DNA of 64,000 bases from Candidatus Bathyarchaeota archaeon. GTDB taxonomy: Archaea > Thermoproteota > Bathyarchaeia > Bathyarchaeales > Bathycorpusculaceae. The notes under the pieces are model-generated. The model was not told the origin of the DNA, did no database searches, and saw only the letters and a program-made list of their open reading frames with translations. This document shows positions 32,227 to 41,926 of the stretch, in pieces. Where the stretch lies: positions 1 through 64,000 of the forward strand of contig CAWEPZ010000003.1 of NCBI GenBank assembly GCA_963811105.1, given 5' to 3'. Positions within the stretch are counted from its first letter, which is position 1, and each line of letters starts with the position of its first letter. The position numbers were made by a program, and so were the translations under genes.

Positions 32227-32280
32227 GCTGAGCATTAATAGCTTGAGAGCGCATTAACGATACTAGCATTAATGCAACAA
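32227..32280 (-). promoter_or_regulatory. Conserved viral late promoter/operator, copy 3
   Basis: 46/54 identity to 22206-22259; perfect GCATTAA-N11-TTAATGC; upstream of portal. Confidence 0.75.
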
Positions 32281-32400
32281 CATAATTTGAAAAACATCCA
32301 CCCACAAACTGAAGCCATCCAGACAGCCCTGAAGCCCGAAGAAACCCTTTCAGGAGGCCACGCCTAACTCTTGACGGTTGCCCTGTTAAATGGAGGCAAC

Positions 32401-33054
32401 ACAGTTGTCACACGCGAAGTTGCGAAAGTCTGTTCATATGCTGTTAGCAAAGCTCTTCGGCGCCAGAGAGGCAAGCAATTCATAGCTGTAACCTGCCACT
32501 TCGACTTAATCGACTGACTATAGCCCGATTGGGTCTTCAGCTGCGACACCATGGAGTTCGTTAAAAAAAAAGAACTCACCAATCAATTAAGCTCCAGGTT
32601 CAGCGGTGCAACAACGCTATGTGGAAGAGTTTTCGGCAATATCATTATCTGAATGGAAAGCTCGGTGCCGGACTGCGATGCTATGCAGCCTTCTACAACC
32701 AGAAACCCGTTGCCTTCATTGCGGTAGTTCACACAAGAATGAAGTCGAATTACTTTAGGGTTAGTCGTCTTGTTGCTTTGCCAGATTACCAAGGGCATAG
32801 GCTTAGCCAAACGTCTGCTCAACTTCATCGCTGAGCTCTACTCTTCCCAAATCAACCTACCGTTCTATCTGGTTACTTCGAATCCTCAGCTTGTCCGAGG
32901 CAACTTGGGTAACTGGCGTGTGAAGCGTGTCGGACATGGCACAGCTGGAAGCGAAGACACAAGAATCAACTCAGAACTAACCAAAAGCAACAGCAAACGA
33001 CGCCTAAGCGTAACCCTACAGTACAAACCTAAGCTGAAATCTGGAGGTTTGTAG
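32401..33054 (+). pseudogene. Phage-type ABC-ATPase/GNAT acetyltransferase remnant
   Basis: TVVTREVAK...QFIAVTCHFDLID*L*PDWV then WKSFRQYHYL...RVSRLVALPDYQG/IGLAK; Walker motifs missing. Confidence 0.8.
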
Positions 33055-33195
33055 TGCCAAAAACCTGCAAGGGCAATGCGGTCGCAAACTTTCGCACCAA
33101 AACAAAACCGGCTATTGCAAAGAATGCTTTGGCCGCTTCATTCTTAGCCCTAAGGGTGCTAATGCAAGTCGGCGAGATGCTTCAAAACAAAATTA
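33054..33195 (+). pseudogene. Small zinc-ribbon protein (frameshifted)
   Basis: MPKTCK then shifted frame CGRKLSHQNKTGYCKEC. Confidence 0.45.
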
Positions 33196-33344
33196 ATTTA
33201 GCGTGTTTACTCATATTGGCGAATTGTGGTTATATTAATCCTCAAAACAAAATGCGCTATCCCTATAGGATACAGTTACGGCAGAAATTCCAATATAATT
33301 CTTAAATACAAAAAAAGAGAGGTTGTATGCTTGTTGTCTAAACG

Positions 33345-36164
33345 TTAGTGTCTTCTTCTAAATATCAGTATCATTATGACGCCGACTATCGCTACTACTA
33401 TTATTACTGCTAAAGCTGATCCTACAATAGTAATTGTATAGTCTGGAGTCGCTTGTGCTTGTGCTGGGGTTGTGTTTGCTTGGGCTGCTGTGTTGACTGA
33501 CATTGTGGTTGCCGCTGAAGAGCTGCCGTATGAGTCGTCGCCTGCAAAGGATGCGATGATCTTATAATCTCCTTCGATTGGTGGCGTCCATGTCTTTGTG
33601 AATATGCCGTAATATCCGTCGGTTGTTACTGTTCCTAGATCTTCGTAGTTTCCGTTAGAATCTACCGCTGTTAGTTGCACTGGAACGCCTGTTATGGTTG
33701 CATTGTGCCATATTCCGTCGATTGGGAGTTGTCGATGTAGATATTCCATTTCTGTTTTCATTGAATCTTTTGAGACACATGGGGTGTTTGGTTGTGCAGG
33801 CGATTGGTCCATTACTGTGCCTTTGATTACTATTGGGGTGCCTTTTCCTGCTGCAATATCTGGAGCAGAGATCGTTGTCTGGCTTAGTCCTTTTCCGAAG
33901 ACATATTGATAGCCATCAGTAGCAGAAACTGAGAGATAACCGTCTGCTACTGCACTTGGACTACCTGATGTAGTTACGTTCCATATTGGCTGACCAGTTG
34001 TAGCGTTTAAGCACCATAATTCCCATCCTCGAGTGATGGGTTCCGTAGGTGTGTGCTCAGTATTGTACGTGTAAATCTTTCCGTCAGCGATGAGGGTACT
34101 TCCGTACCAAGGGTTCACTCCGGTTCCATTGTCAGTGTAAGGGGTTTCATATGGGCTTCCTGCTGGGGCCGAGAATTTCCAGACAATATTGCCGTTGGTC
34201 CAATTGAAGGCGTAATATCCAGCGTAACCCATCTTGTAGACCATACCATATGCACTTGCAATAGCATAAGCTCCGAAGCCAGTACTATCCCACGGGGCAT
34301 CCATCTTTTCAGATTTAAATGACAACGCTCCTGTGAACTGGTCGTAGAAGTCGACAGTCCCATCTCTCATGACTATAGCGATTTTTCCATGGTCTGCTAC
34401 CTCCTCGGCTGTACTATATGGTGTAATAGAGGAAGGGTCACTGTAATCGTTGATTGTTTTTTGCCATACAATAGCTCCCGTTTGCAAGCTTATACCTTGG
34501 ATTGTTAGCCCTAACCTAATCCCTGATGCGTTGTCGGCTGTCGAGGGTAGGTATGCTTGCGGGTTTTGGTTGTTTTGTAAAGAAACATATGGTGAGCCCA
34601 TGTTAACACTATCAAAAGCGTTTGCTTCCCTAGCATTGAAAACCATGCCAGTTGTAAAGTCTGCAACGTTTGCGTTATTCCTCATACCGCTGTATAAATC
34701 GGCTCTTGGCCATGTAATGTTGCTTACTACTCTTGATGCGAAATTGCCTGTTCCGAATGTAGTCCAGTTAATTAAGCGGTAAATTTGTGACGTTGGTGTT
34801 CCAGGTACGCCAGGTCCACCGGTAGTGTTTATTACTTGTACGCTTAAGCAATAGCCGTTTTGATAGTAGGCGCCTAGGTCACATAGTGGTGGCAATGGTA
34901 ACGATATGTTTGAAGTTACAGCTCCTGTCAGCGCGTTATATTTGAGCATGTACCCTGGAGTTGTCGTCGTTAGACTGGTGTATATCGAGGCAGTTCCTCC
35001 TGTTGCCGATCCCGGATATGTCGAAATACCTGAAGGCCCCCGGATGGAAATTAAGCTGGTGCTTACACTTACGGACGCTTCTGCGCCTGGTGTCGATTCT
35101 TGCCCTTTGCTGTATTCAATGTATGTAGGTGCCGTTTCGCCGCTGAGTAATGGTCTATTCCAATAGATTTTTCCTGTGCGTAGGTCATAGCATTCCCAAT
35201 ATGTGCTTGAAGTAGAAGTTCCTGGAGTTACTGCTGAATAAGTCTGATATGCTCTTCCTTCCACGATTAGACTTGGACCTCCGCCGCCGGTCGTGATGCC
35301 TTGGATTCCATTTGCGCCTCCCATGATACCTGACATGTCTCCATTGGGGCTTTGTTGTTTCCATACTATGTGGCAGCTGGTTGGTCCTGTCACGTACGGG
35401 ACAAAATTGTAGCCGTACCCCCAAGTGTAACTTGAGCCAGATGGCCAATTATAGCCGTTAATACTTGCCTGTCCAGGACCCCACCATGGGTAGTCTCCTA
35501 ATATAGTAGACCATTCTCTGTTTTCAAATTCCACTGGGCGAGTCCAATAGTCATTTGGAAGCGGTGATGGAGGCCAAGAAGCAACTTGTTCATTTTGAAC
35601 GGTAAATGTCTGCTGTGGCGCAGTAGCGGGCATATAATAGCAAGATTTAGTGAATGTCTCGGTGTAAGCAGCACCATTAGCTCCAGCGATAGCGCTGATG
35701 CCAAGTGGTACCGTATAATTTCCTGCTGGGAAGTAGGCTCCTGGCATGCTAAAGTCAACTTTCCAGGTACCCATCTGGTCGGGGATATATTCGAACCATG
35801 CTGTGCTGTCGCCTTGGTAGGAATCCATCGTTGTGACTGCAGTGGTTCCGTCGGGCTTTGTGAGGGTCACTTTGAATCCTGTTATATATCGGCTGTATGC
35901 GACTGGTGGTTCCATCCACATGTTAACCATAATGGGTTGTCCTAAGCCAACGGTGGTTGGTCTGAGGGAGACGACGAGCCTATCACCGATTGTTAGGTCA
36001 GGAGTAACACCGCTAGGTAATGCTGTTGATCCATTTGGTACTCCAGTAGGTGATCCACCATGAGTAATCTCAACTTGCGCTTTAACCTGAATAGGAATGA
36101 TTGCGAAACACGAAATCAGAAGAATTGCAGTAATTAGCAATGACATAATTATTGATTTTTTCAT
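33345..36164 (-). CDS. Secreted PQQ-like beta-propeller surface protein with C-terminal TM anchor
   Basis: Signal peptide; CYDLRTGKIYW, IADGKIY and CLNATTGQPIWN repeats; TM + RRRH end. Confidence 0.9.
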   Translation of the reverse strand: MKKSIIMSLLITAILLISCFAIIPIQVKAQVEITHGGSPTGVPNGSTALPSGVTPDLTIGDRLVVSLRPTTVGLGQPIMVNMWMEPPVAYSRYITGFKVTLTKPDGTTAVTTMDSYQGDSTAWFEYIPDQMGTWKVDFSMPGAYFPAGNYTVPLGISAIAGANGAAYTETFTKSCYYMPATAPQQTFTVQNEQVASWPPSPLPNDYWTRPVEFENREWSTILGDYPWWGPGQASINGYNWPSGSSYTWGYGYNFVPYVTGPTSCHIVWKQQSPNGDMSGIMGGANGIQGITTGGGGPSLIVEGRAYQTYSAVTPGTSTSSTYWECYDLRTGKIYWNRPLLSGETAPTYIEYSKGQESTPGAEASVSVSTSLISIRGPSGISTYPGSATGGTASIYTSLTTTTPGYMLKYNALTGAVTSNISLPLPPLCDLGAYYQNGYCLSVQVINTTGGPGVPGTPTSQIYRLINWTTFGTGNFASRVVSNITWPRADLYSGMRNNANVADFTTGMVFNAREANAFDSVNMGSPYVSLQNNQNPQAYLPSTADNASGIRLGLTIQGISLQTGAIVWQKTINDYSDPSSITPYSTAEEVADHGKIAIVMRDGTVDFYDQFTGALSFKSEKMDAPWDSTGFGAYAIASAYGMVYKMGYAGYYAFNWTNGNIVWKFSAPAGSPYETPYTDNGTGVNPWYGSTLIADGKIYTYNTEHTPTEPITRGWELWCLNATTGQPIWNVTTSGSPSAVADGYLSVSATDGYQYVFGKGLSQTTISAPDIAAGKGTPIVIKGTVMDQSPAQPNTPCVSKDSMKTEMEYLHRQLPIDGIWHNATITGVPVQLTAVDSNGNYEDLGTVTTDGYYGIFTKTWTPPIEGDYKIIASFAGDDSYGSSSAATTMSVNTAAQANTTPAQAQATPDYTITIVGSALAVIIVVAIVGVIMILIFRRRH

Positions 36165-36929
36165 TTTTTTTCTTACTCCTATAGAAAAAACGCTTATTGG
36201 AAAGCCAATTAACTTTCTAAAATGAGCGCTTTCCTGATAACTTAGTGATAACTAATCACTTATAAACATCTAGTGAAAAATGGCTTCCAACAAACTATTC
36301 TCAAGAGTAGAGCAATATGAATTCTTCTTTTCCTTTCTTTAGACAAATCCCTTTGCTTGCTCCAAAATGTGAGCTACAATTTCGAAATTAGCTCATTACC
36401 TTTATCAGCTTTGCCTTTCAGCTAAGAACGTGAATTAATAATGGAAAAGAATAGGCACTTTTCCATATGTCTTAACAAAAAAAGACGTCAAAACGACACA
36501 GTTAAGTGCTAATGGTCCGCCACCTAACTCTAAACCGGCAAGATAAAAGTGCACATTAACTCTTAATTAGAGGCGAAAATCGCCTGACAATTATTCCAAT
36601 GTGTTTTTATAAAAACCCATAATTATCCCCTATTTTGTCGCTATTATTTTAAATAATCACTTGAGATAGCCACTTTTGAGACGACATATTAACCTAGCAC
36701 TAATGGCATAATTATCATGGGAATTGCCAACATAATTCTTAATGACCTTGCAAATTTCTTTGAAATTATTTGCTCAACATTCTTCCGTGCAATTGCTTAA
36801 AAGCAAGCGCTTATTAGAGTAATTTATTGGGGTTAACCTCTTGCAAGCAAGCCTTTAGTTTTCCTCGCCTCCTTAACTGGAGCGTGAACGATTTGCAGAG
36901 GCTTCTGTCATTTTTTATAATTTCGTTAG

Positions 36930-37217
36930 GTGTTGTTTATGCCTCATAAAAGAAGTTTGCAGGGAAAATTCATTCAGCGGCAGCGAGAGCAAGACTACGC
37001 TGCTATTAAGGTTCAGCGTAAGGCGGCTTGGCAATACATTAGGGAGACTGAGTTTCGTGATCGCTTGATCGGCGAGACCGTTTGTCGAACTGATATTAAT
37101 TCGATTACCGATGAGTTGGCAAAGCTTTTTGATCAGCCTGAATTTGAAGCTGTTTCTAACTTTGAGCATGGCTTTGTTCTTATTGGACCATTAAGGAGTT
37201 TTGATTCTGATGCCTGA
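36930..37217 (+). CDS. Hypothetical protein
   Basis: 95-aa ORF. Confidence 0.55.
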   Translation: MLFMPHKRSLQGKFIQRQREQDYAAIKVQRKAAWQYIRETEFRDRLIGETVCRTDINSITDELAKLFDQPEFEAVSNFEHGFVLIGPLRSFDSDA

Positions 37218-37410
37218 AGAGTTGCGGCCTGATTATAGTCTACGGCCCAGTTGCCCCGAGATCAAGCGCAAGATTGACCGTATAGATCTGGCTCTTTTGG
37301 GAGAGGACGGCACTGGCCTAATTAGTGAGCTACCTGCAAGAAGAAATACTGATAAGACAGTTGCCACCACCTTAATTCTTTTAATAATAGTCAAACAACT
37401 GTTAGTTTGA
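37210..37410 (+). CDS. Hypothetical viral protein, possibly truncated
   Basis: MPEELRPDY...IDLALLGEDGTGL, overlapping previous stop. Confidence 0.4.
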   Translation: MPEELRPDYSLRPSCPEIKRKIDRIDLALLGEDGTGLISELPARRNTDKTVATTLILLIIVKQLLV

Positions 37411-37510
37411 TTTTAGTCTAAAAGTTTCTTTGTCGAACATTTTCAACTAAGCTCGAAGTGATTAATCAAAGTTTCTTTGCTTTACTAACCAGATTAACCG
37501 TCGATACCTC

Positions 37511-37705
37511 CTAGCCCAAACCGTCGAAAAACACCAAGTCTGCCTTGGCCTTCTCAATCTTCTTAATTGCATTCAACCGGGAACGAGTAACGTTGGGCGC
37601 CTCAACTCTTAGTTTACGAGCAATCTTATAATCAGTCAAACCCAAAGCCGCTAGCCGCAAAATCTCCCGTTCACGAGCAGTCAAACCGCAAGCACAATTC
37701 ACCAA
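37511..37705 (-). CDS. LuxR-type HTH protein
   Basis: LTAREREILRLAALGLTDYKIARKL. Confidence 0.85.
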   Translation of the reverse strand: MVNCACGLTAREREILRLAALGLTDYKIARKLRVEAPNVTRSRLNAIKKIEKAKADLVFFDGLG

Positions 37706-37707
37706 AA

Positions 37708-37998
37708 CTAAGAGTCCTCCTCTGCCTGAATCAAAGCTTCCGATGGAAAAAGCCTAAGTAACGAACGACCCTTCTTAGTTAAAACAAAAAGCTTCTTAAC
37801 AGAACCCTTGCAGTTGAGCCCAGAATACGCCAAAACTATAAGCCCCAAACCCTCAAGGCTGCGAATTTGTTTATGAGCCCCTGCGTAGGAACTGTAAGAA
37901 CTATGTTTCAACAATTCATAAGCTGAAGTTGGCTTCTTAAATAACTCTAGCCAATCAAGATTAACCGTCAGAATCCTCGTTTTTTTCATTTTCTTCAC
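37708..37998 (-). CDS. Winged-helix protein (paralog of 40668..40931)
   Basis: YAGAHKQIRSLEGLGLI...LTKKGRSLLRLFP. Confidence 0.75.
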   Translation of the reverse strand: MKKMKKTRILTVNLDWLELFKKPTSAYELLKHSSYSSYAGAHKQIRSLEGLGLIVLAYSGLNCKGSVKKLFVLTKKGRSLLRLFPSEALIQAEEDS

Positions 37999-38558
37999 CC
38001 TTCCTCCTCGGCGAATTTTTCAAAATTCTGCTCTTCAACTACGTCGCTGCCATCCACGTAGCTCTCCAAACCAAGCTTATTGAGTGCCCACCGGTGGCCG
38101 CGTTTCTCAAAGATTATTTTTCCAGTCTCAACATACATTCTCTTATTGAGCCGAACTAGTCTGCGGCTGACTTCGTAATATTGCAGGTCGTAGCCGCTGC
38201 GCTTGTTGACTTCGGCTGCCACATCCTTGGGCAACGCTCCGTTCACGCCAACCTCCAGAAGCCTCTGAATAATTTCTTTGTCCACATCATCCTGGTCCGT
38301 AAATTGTTCAACTTCTGTCTGGGTATACTTTGACTCATAGGACCTACTCCATGCATTGAGGATCCAAGTCAACTTAGTGTCAAGTTTATCCAGCTTCGAC
38401 TAGGGCACGTTTCGTAAGTACCTGAGTGTACTTGTTTGTGCCAAACTTGTCCGATTGGCTACGCTTCTTTTTGGGGTTTTTAGCCTCTTTTTTTGCATTT
38501 TGAACATCATTTTCCCTCAGATCCTGCGTATTTTCTTCAATCAAGGAATTCCACTCCA
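37995..38558 (-). pseudogene. HTH-domain protein (frameshift near 38400)
   Basis: MEWNSLIEE...KRAL joins SKLDKLDTKLTWILN...LPKDVAAE...YYEVSRRLVRLN after removing one base. Confidence 0.55.
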
Positions 38559-38706
38559 TTAATGTCCATGAAAATTGGGGTCTGCCAATCTAGCCTAGGC
38601 ACCATAAGAAAACTTGATGCCGAAAAGCATGGACTTTTCCCATAGGTACGTACTACCCCCAAAAAGCCCTTTAAACAACCTTTTTTATCCAAAAACGCAA
38701 AATTGC

Positions 38707-39042
38707 TCACTCGGAAGCCTCCCGTTGTCTGCGTCTTATCTCACGCCTTATGTCACGGATGCGAGTGATGACCAGAAAGAAGGGAGTGACAACTCTGAGG
38801 GTTTTGTAGCCCTTCGCCGTTAAGCGAATCCGGTAGTCCGTTAAGTACTCAACGTAGCCCTCATTTTTCATGTAGACCAAAAGATCTTTCATGAGAGTGC
38901 TGTTCAGGTTTGCGTGGTACATGATGTGAGTGGAGAGCAAAGGACCCTTGCGCAGCGCACTTAAAATATCGAAGACTTGCTCTCCGGTGCCGCGTTCATG
39001 AAAATTTATGCGGCCTCGAAGCAGGTGCCGTTTATGTGACAT
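38707..39042 (-). CDS. Archaeal winged-helix regulator
   Basis: THIMYHANLN...YMKNEGYV...LTAKG. Confidence 0.8.
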   Translation of the reverse strand: MSHKRHLLRGRINFHERGTGEQVFDILSALRKGPLLSTHIMYHANLNSTLMKDLLVYMKNEGYVEYLTDYRIRLTAKGYKTLRVVTPFFLVITRIRDIRREIRRRQREASE

Positions 39043-40054
39043 ATTCGTTGCCTCCGATCTTAGGCGCCTTTTGGCCGTTACTGTCTAGACCGAAGATTTC
39101 CTTCAAAGTCGAGGTCATGAGGTTAAGGTCTGATCTCAGCAATGCAACCTCACTCTCCAAACCCTTCACCTTATCACCATCAGCAACCTTATGCTTGTAA
39201 AGAGCCTCGAGTAAACGCTCCATTCCCAGCAGCCGAGAATTGGTAAACTTTAAAACATCAGAGTTTCCCTTGACTTCACGTCTTATCTCAAAATTTGCCT
39301 GAGAATTCGCTGAATCATTAAAGCCCTTGGAGATGGCTTCCTCAAACTTGTTAATACTCATCGGGACTACAGTTTTCTGTTCTTTGCGGACCAGGTTCTC
39401 CTCTTTCTGATAGACCCGCTCAATCATCCCAAAAAGATCTGTCCGAGTGACACATTGCAATCCATCTACGCGTACTCCATGGTAATCTTTGTTACACTCA
39501 AAAGTTAGGATCTGCAGGTCATTGAGCTGCCAACCCAAGTGATCCTGGGTAATATCAAACCAACGATTCAACGCCAACAGACAAGCATCATGACTCATCC
39601 CGCCGACATCACAAGCAATATACCCAGAAATCTTTCTCCGCTCAGCACCAAAACAAACATGAATCTTCACTCCACCGATAAATTCGTCTTTCTCCCAAGA
39701 CGCCACATCCTGACAAACAAACGATCTCAGCGAAATGTTGTGCACGCAAAGCGGAATAAACCGCACCCCGTATGTGATTTTGTTACAGTATGCTCCGAGG
39801 TAAGGCTGCAGGATCATTCCTTTTTCGAGGAGTTTTCTGCAAAATATGCGCACAGACGTGTATTGGCCGCGTGTTGGCTTCTTGGGAACATGGAGTTTAC
39901 GGGCAATTTCCGCTGGCCGCAACTCAATTTCTGAATCATCGATAATGTGGAAGACTCTTGCTTCTACGCTCCAACTCTTCCTCGACAAGTAACTGTTATA
40001 ACTGGTGTTACTACCCTTGCTTGTGCAGTTATCAGATTCAGATGAGGCAGCCAA
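39032..40054 (-). CDS. wHTH + unknown domain + coiled-coil protein (replication candidate)
   Basis: LRPAEIARKL HTH; largest early gene; function inferred only. Confidence 0.6.
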   Translation of the reverse strand: MAASSESDNCTSKGSNTSYNSYLSRKSWSVEARVFHIIDDSEIELRPAEIARKLHVPKKPTRGQYTSVRIFCRKLLEKGMILQPYLGAYCNKITYGVRFIPLCVHNISLRSFVCQDVASWEKDEFIGGVKIHVCFGAERRKISGYIACDVGGMSHDACLLALNRWFDITQDHLGWQLNDLQILTFECNKDYHGVRVDGLQCVTRTDLFGMIERVYQKEENLVRKEQKTVVPMSINKFEEAISKGFNDSANSQANFEIRREVKGNSDVLKFTNSRLLGMERLLEALYKHKVADGDKVKGLESEVALLRSDLNLMTSTLKEIFGLDSNGQKAPKIGGNEYVT

Positions 40055-40069
40055 AAAATATAAACTCCG

Positions 40070-40348
40070 TTAGGGCGGGTCGTTTCTGTTTTTTAGTTTT
40101 TCAAGCCGGGTGGGGCATGAAGAGTAAAAGGAAGGGTCGCTGAAACTGGATTTGGGACAGAAGGTTCCATCGGCACCGGAACAGCTGCGAGCGCCCAGAG
40201 AATACTCGAGCAGTGCACCTGCAAACTCACAAGCGTTCAAAGGCAAAGAGTCCTCAGGGCAAATACTGCAGCTAGCAGACTTTCCAACGTAAAGCTCCTC
40301 GAGTTTCTCTTCGGGTTTAGTCAAAAAAGGAGGCGTCCACTTAGGCAC
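40070..40348 (-). CDS. Cys-rich hypothetical protein
   Basis: CSIC...C...C...C; coupled to neighbours. Confidence 0.55.
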   Translation of the reverse strand: MPKWTPPFLTKPEEKLEELYVGKSASCSICPEDSLPLNACEFAGALLEYSLGARSCSGADGTFCPKSSFSDPSFYSSCPTRLEKLKNRNDPP

Positions 40349-40671
40349 TATAGCAAGCCTCCCTCGATCGCGACGTCAGAAGTAAAATTAACGGGAAAAC
40401 TTTGCTTAATTTGCCTTAGGACCTCTATATCATCGCTTAGAAACTCCAGGTAGGGCATGAACTTGTTTCCATGGAACTTGAAGAATACTGCAGGTTTGGG
40501 GAGTCGGTTAATTGTGTTGAACCTGCTCTGATTGTTCCACGTAATTGATGAACCAAACTCGATTGAGATTGAATTTACTAGGTCGTAGGCCTTCTTGCTT
40601 CTCAATCTTGAGGATTCCAGGCTGCCGTATTTGGGAAGCGTAAATCCTCGATCCTGAAGTTCAGCGGTCAA
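40348..40671 (-). CDS. Hypothetical protein
   Basis: Overlapping operon ORF. Confidence 0.55.
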   Translation of the reverse strand: MTAELQDRGFTLPKYGSLESSRLRSKKAYDLVNSISIEFGSSITWNNQSRFNTINRLPKPAVFFKFHGNKFMPYLEFLSDDIEVLRQIKQSFPVNFTSDVAIEGGLL

Positions 40672-40931
40672 ATAGAGGCCTCCTTAGCGTCAGGGAATAA
40701 CTTGAGCAATTGCCGCCCCTTCTCGGTTAATGTGTAGGGTTTCTTGTTTCCGTTTTTTTCAGAGATTTCAAGCGAGATTAAATAAATTAGTTCTTGGGCT
40801 AGAAGTTTTTTGACTGCTTTGTGTGCTCCAGAATAATAGCGCCACTTGCTACATTTTGTTATTTGGTAAACGGTTCTGGGAGTTTGGAAGACCCGCAGCA
40901 AGTCTAAATCAATATTCATTAGATGAACCAC
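40668..40931 (-). CDS. Winged-helix protein (paralog of 37708..37998)
   Basis: YSGAHKAVKKLLAQELI...YTLTEKGRQLLKLFP. Confidence 0.75.
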   Translation of the reverse strand: MVHLMNIDLDLLRVFQTPRTVYQITKCSKWRYYSGAHKAVKKLLAQELIYLISLEISEKNGNKKPYTLTEKGRQLLKLFPDAKEASI

Positions 40932-41227
40932 CTGAGCTCTGCAGCAATTGTTCCGGTTGTCAATGACTCTCGCAGCGGCAGCCCAATCCTCAAAATGTCA
41001 TTTAGAATTTGGTCCTTGGGCGCCCCCGATTTCTCGCTAATTTTTGTTAGGATAGCGTCTTTTTGTTCCTTCGAAAGCACGCCCCAAGCAACCAAAACAA
41101 CCCGTTCACGCTTACCTGCAGGTCCTAACTTGGTTTCTTGGAAAACCATTGAAGTCACAGGAATTTTGCTGTCTGGGAATATGTCGCCCCAAACCTTTTT
41201 TCCTTCATCGTTCAAACATGCCCACAT
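40919..41227 (-). CDS. Hypothetical protein
   Basis: 102-aa ORF abutting the PolX gene. Confidence 0.65.
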   Translation of the reverse strand: MWACLNDEGKKVWGDIFPDSKIPVTSMVFQETKLGPAGKRERVVLVAWGVLSKEQKDAILTKISEKSGAPKDQILNDILRIGLPLRESLTTGTIAAELRWFI

Positions 41228-41836
41228 TCAAAAAATCTCCCTATTGCTCGGCTCAACATACTCAAGCCCTAAAGCGGTAAAGATCTCTTCTTCAGATCTA
41301 GAAGCAAGAATTTGACCAAACCCGCCCTGGGTAACTACGCCCTCAGAGGCGCTAAGCTTTAGGCCCTTCGAACGCGCCAAAGTGCAAAGTTTCACGTTAT
41401 GCTCCTTGCTACCAGTCCTAACAAGCAAAATCACACCCCAGGTCTCTGGACGTGCCCGGTAAATGTCAACTTGGAATCCGTCAAGAAAAGTGCACCGCAG
41501 CAATTCCTGGCCAGAGGCCTCCACCTTCAAACCGCACTTTTTGAGTTTTGCGGGAATAAGATCTTTCCAAATCTTAGACTCATTAAAGGTCACACTGCCG
41601 ACGCCTAAAGGAGAGGGAACCGTTACCGGCTTGGCCATGGCCACAATATCTATGTCGCCGACCTCAGCTTTTCCACGCCTAATAGATCCCGCAACTTCAA
41701 GGCGAAAACAAAACGGTGTAAGAGCGCAGCGGACCCCGTCAGCTAAAAACGAAGCCTCCTCAAGTTTCACTTCAAGAAGCCTCCCGTATCTTTTTGTTTT
41801 CAGCTTCCTCAAGCCGCTTTTGCCTGCACTTCTCAC
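41228..41836 (-). CDS. Minimal family X DNA polymerase (palm+thumb only)
   Basis: AGSIRRGK..GDIDI, QVDIY, TGSKEHN and EEEIFTALGLEYVEP..R motifs. Confidence 0.9.
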   Translation of the reverse strand: MRSAGKSGLRKLKTKRYGRLLEVKLEEASFLADGVRCALTPFCFRLEVAGSIRRGKAEVGDIDIVAMAKPVTVPSPLGVGSVTFNESKIWKDLIPAKLKKCGLKVEASGQELLRCTFLDGFQVDIYRARPETWGVILLVRTGSKEHNVKLCTLARSKGLKLSASEGVVTQGGFGQILASRSEEEIFTALGLEYVEPSNREIF

Positions 41837-41926
41837 TTCTAATCCTCCCCATTAACATCGGCGTAACTGTGCAGTTGTCGCTTAGGTGAAACTCCCACTC
41901 CGGACGCAGCCTTCTTTTAGGATGAT

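Noticed and set aside
1321-32280. 46-bp repeat as att sites or CRISPR repeats
   Set aside because: Three dispersed copies sit internally before operons, with no regular spacers and no cas genes; viral genes continue beyond the outer copies
32515-32523. Stop-codon reassignment (TGA=Trp, TAG=Gln) in the virus
   Set aside because: Confined to one 5'-truncated gene; TGA and TAG terminate many other viral ORFs normally
36676-36706. Fourth copy of the late promoter motif (ttgaga...ctagcactaat)
   Set aside because: Only a partial match, with the left arm and spacing not conserved, and 500 bp from the nearest minus-strand gene
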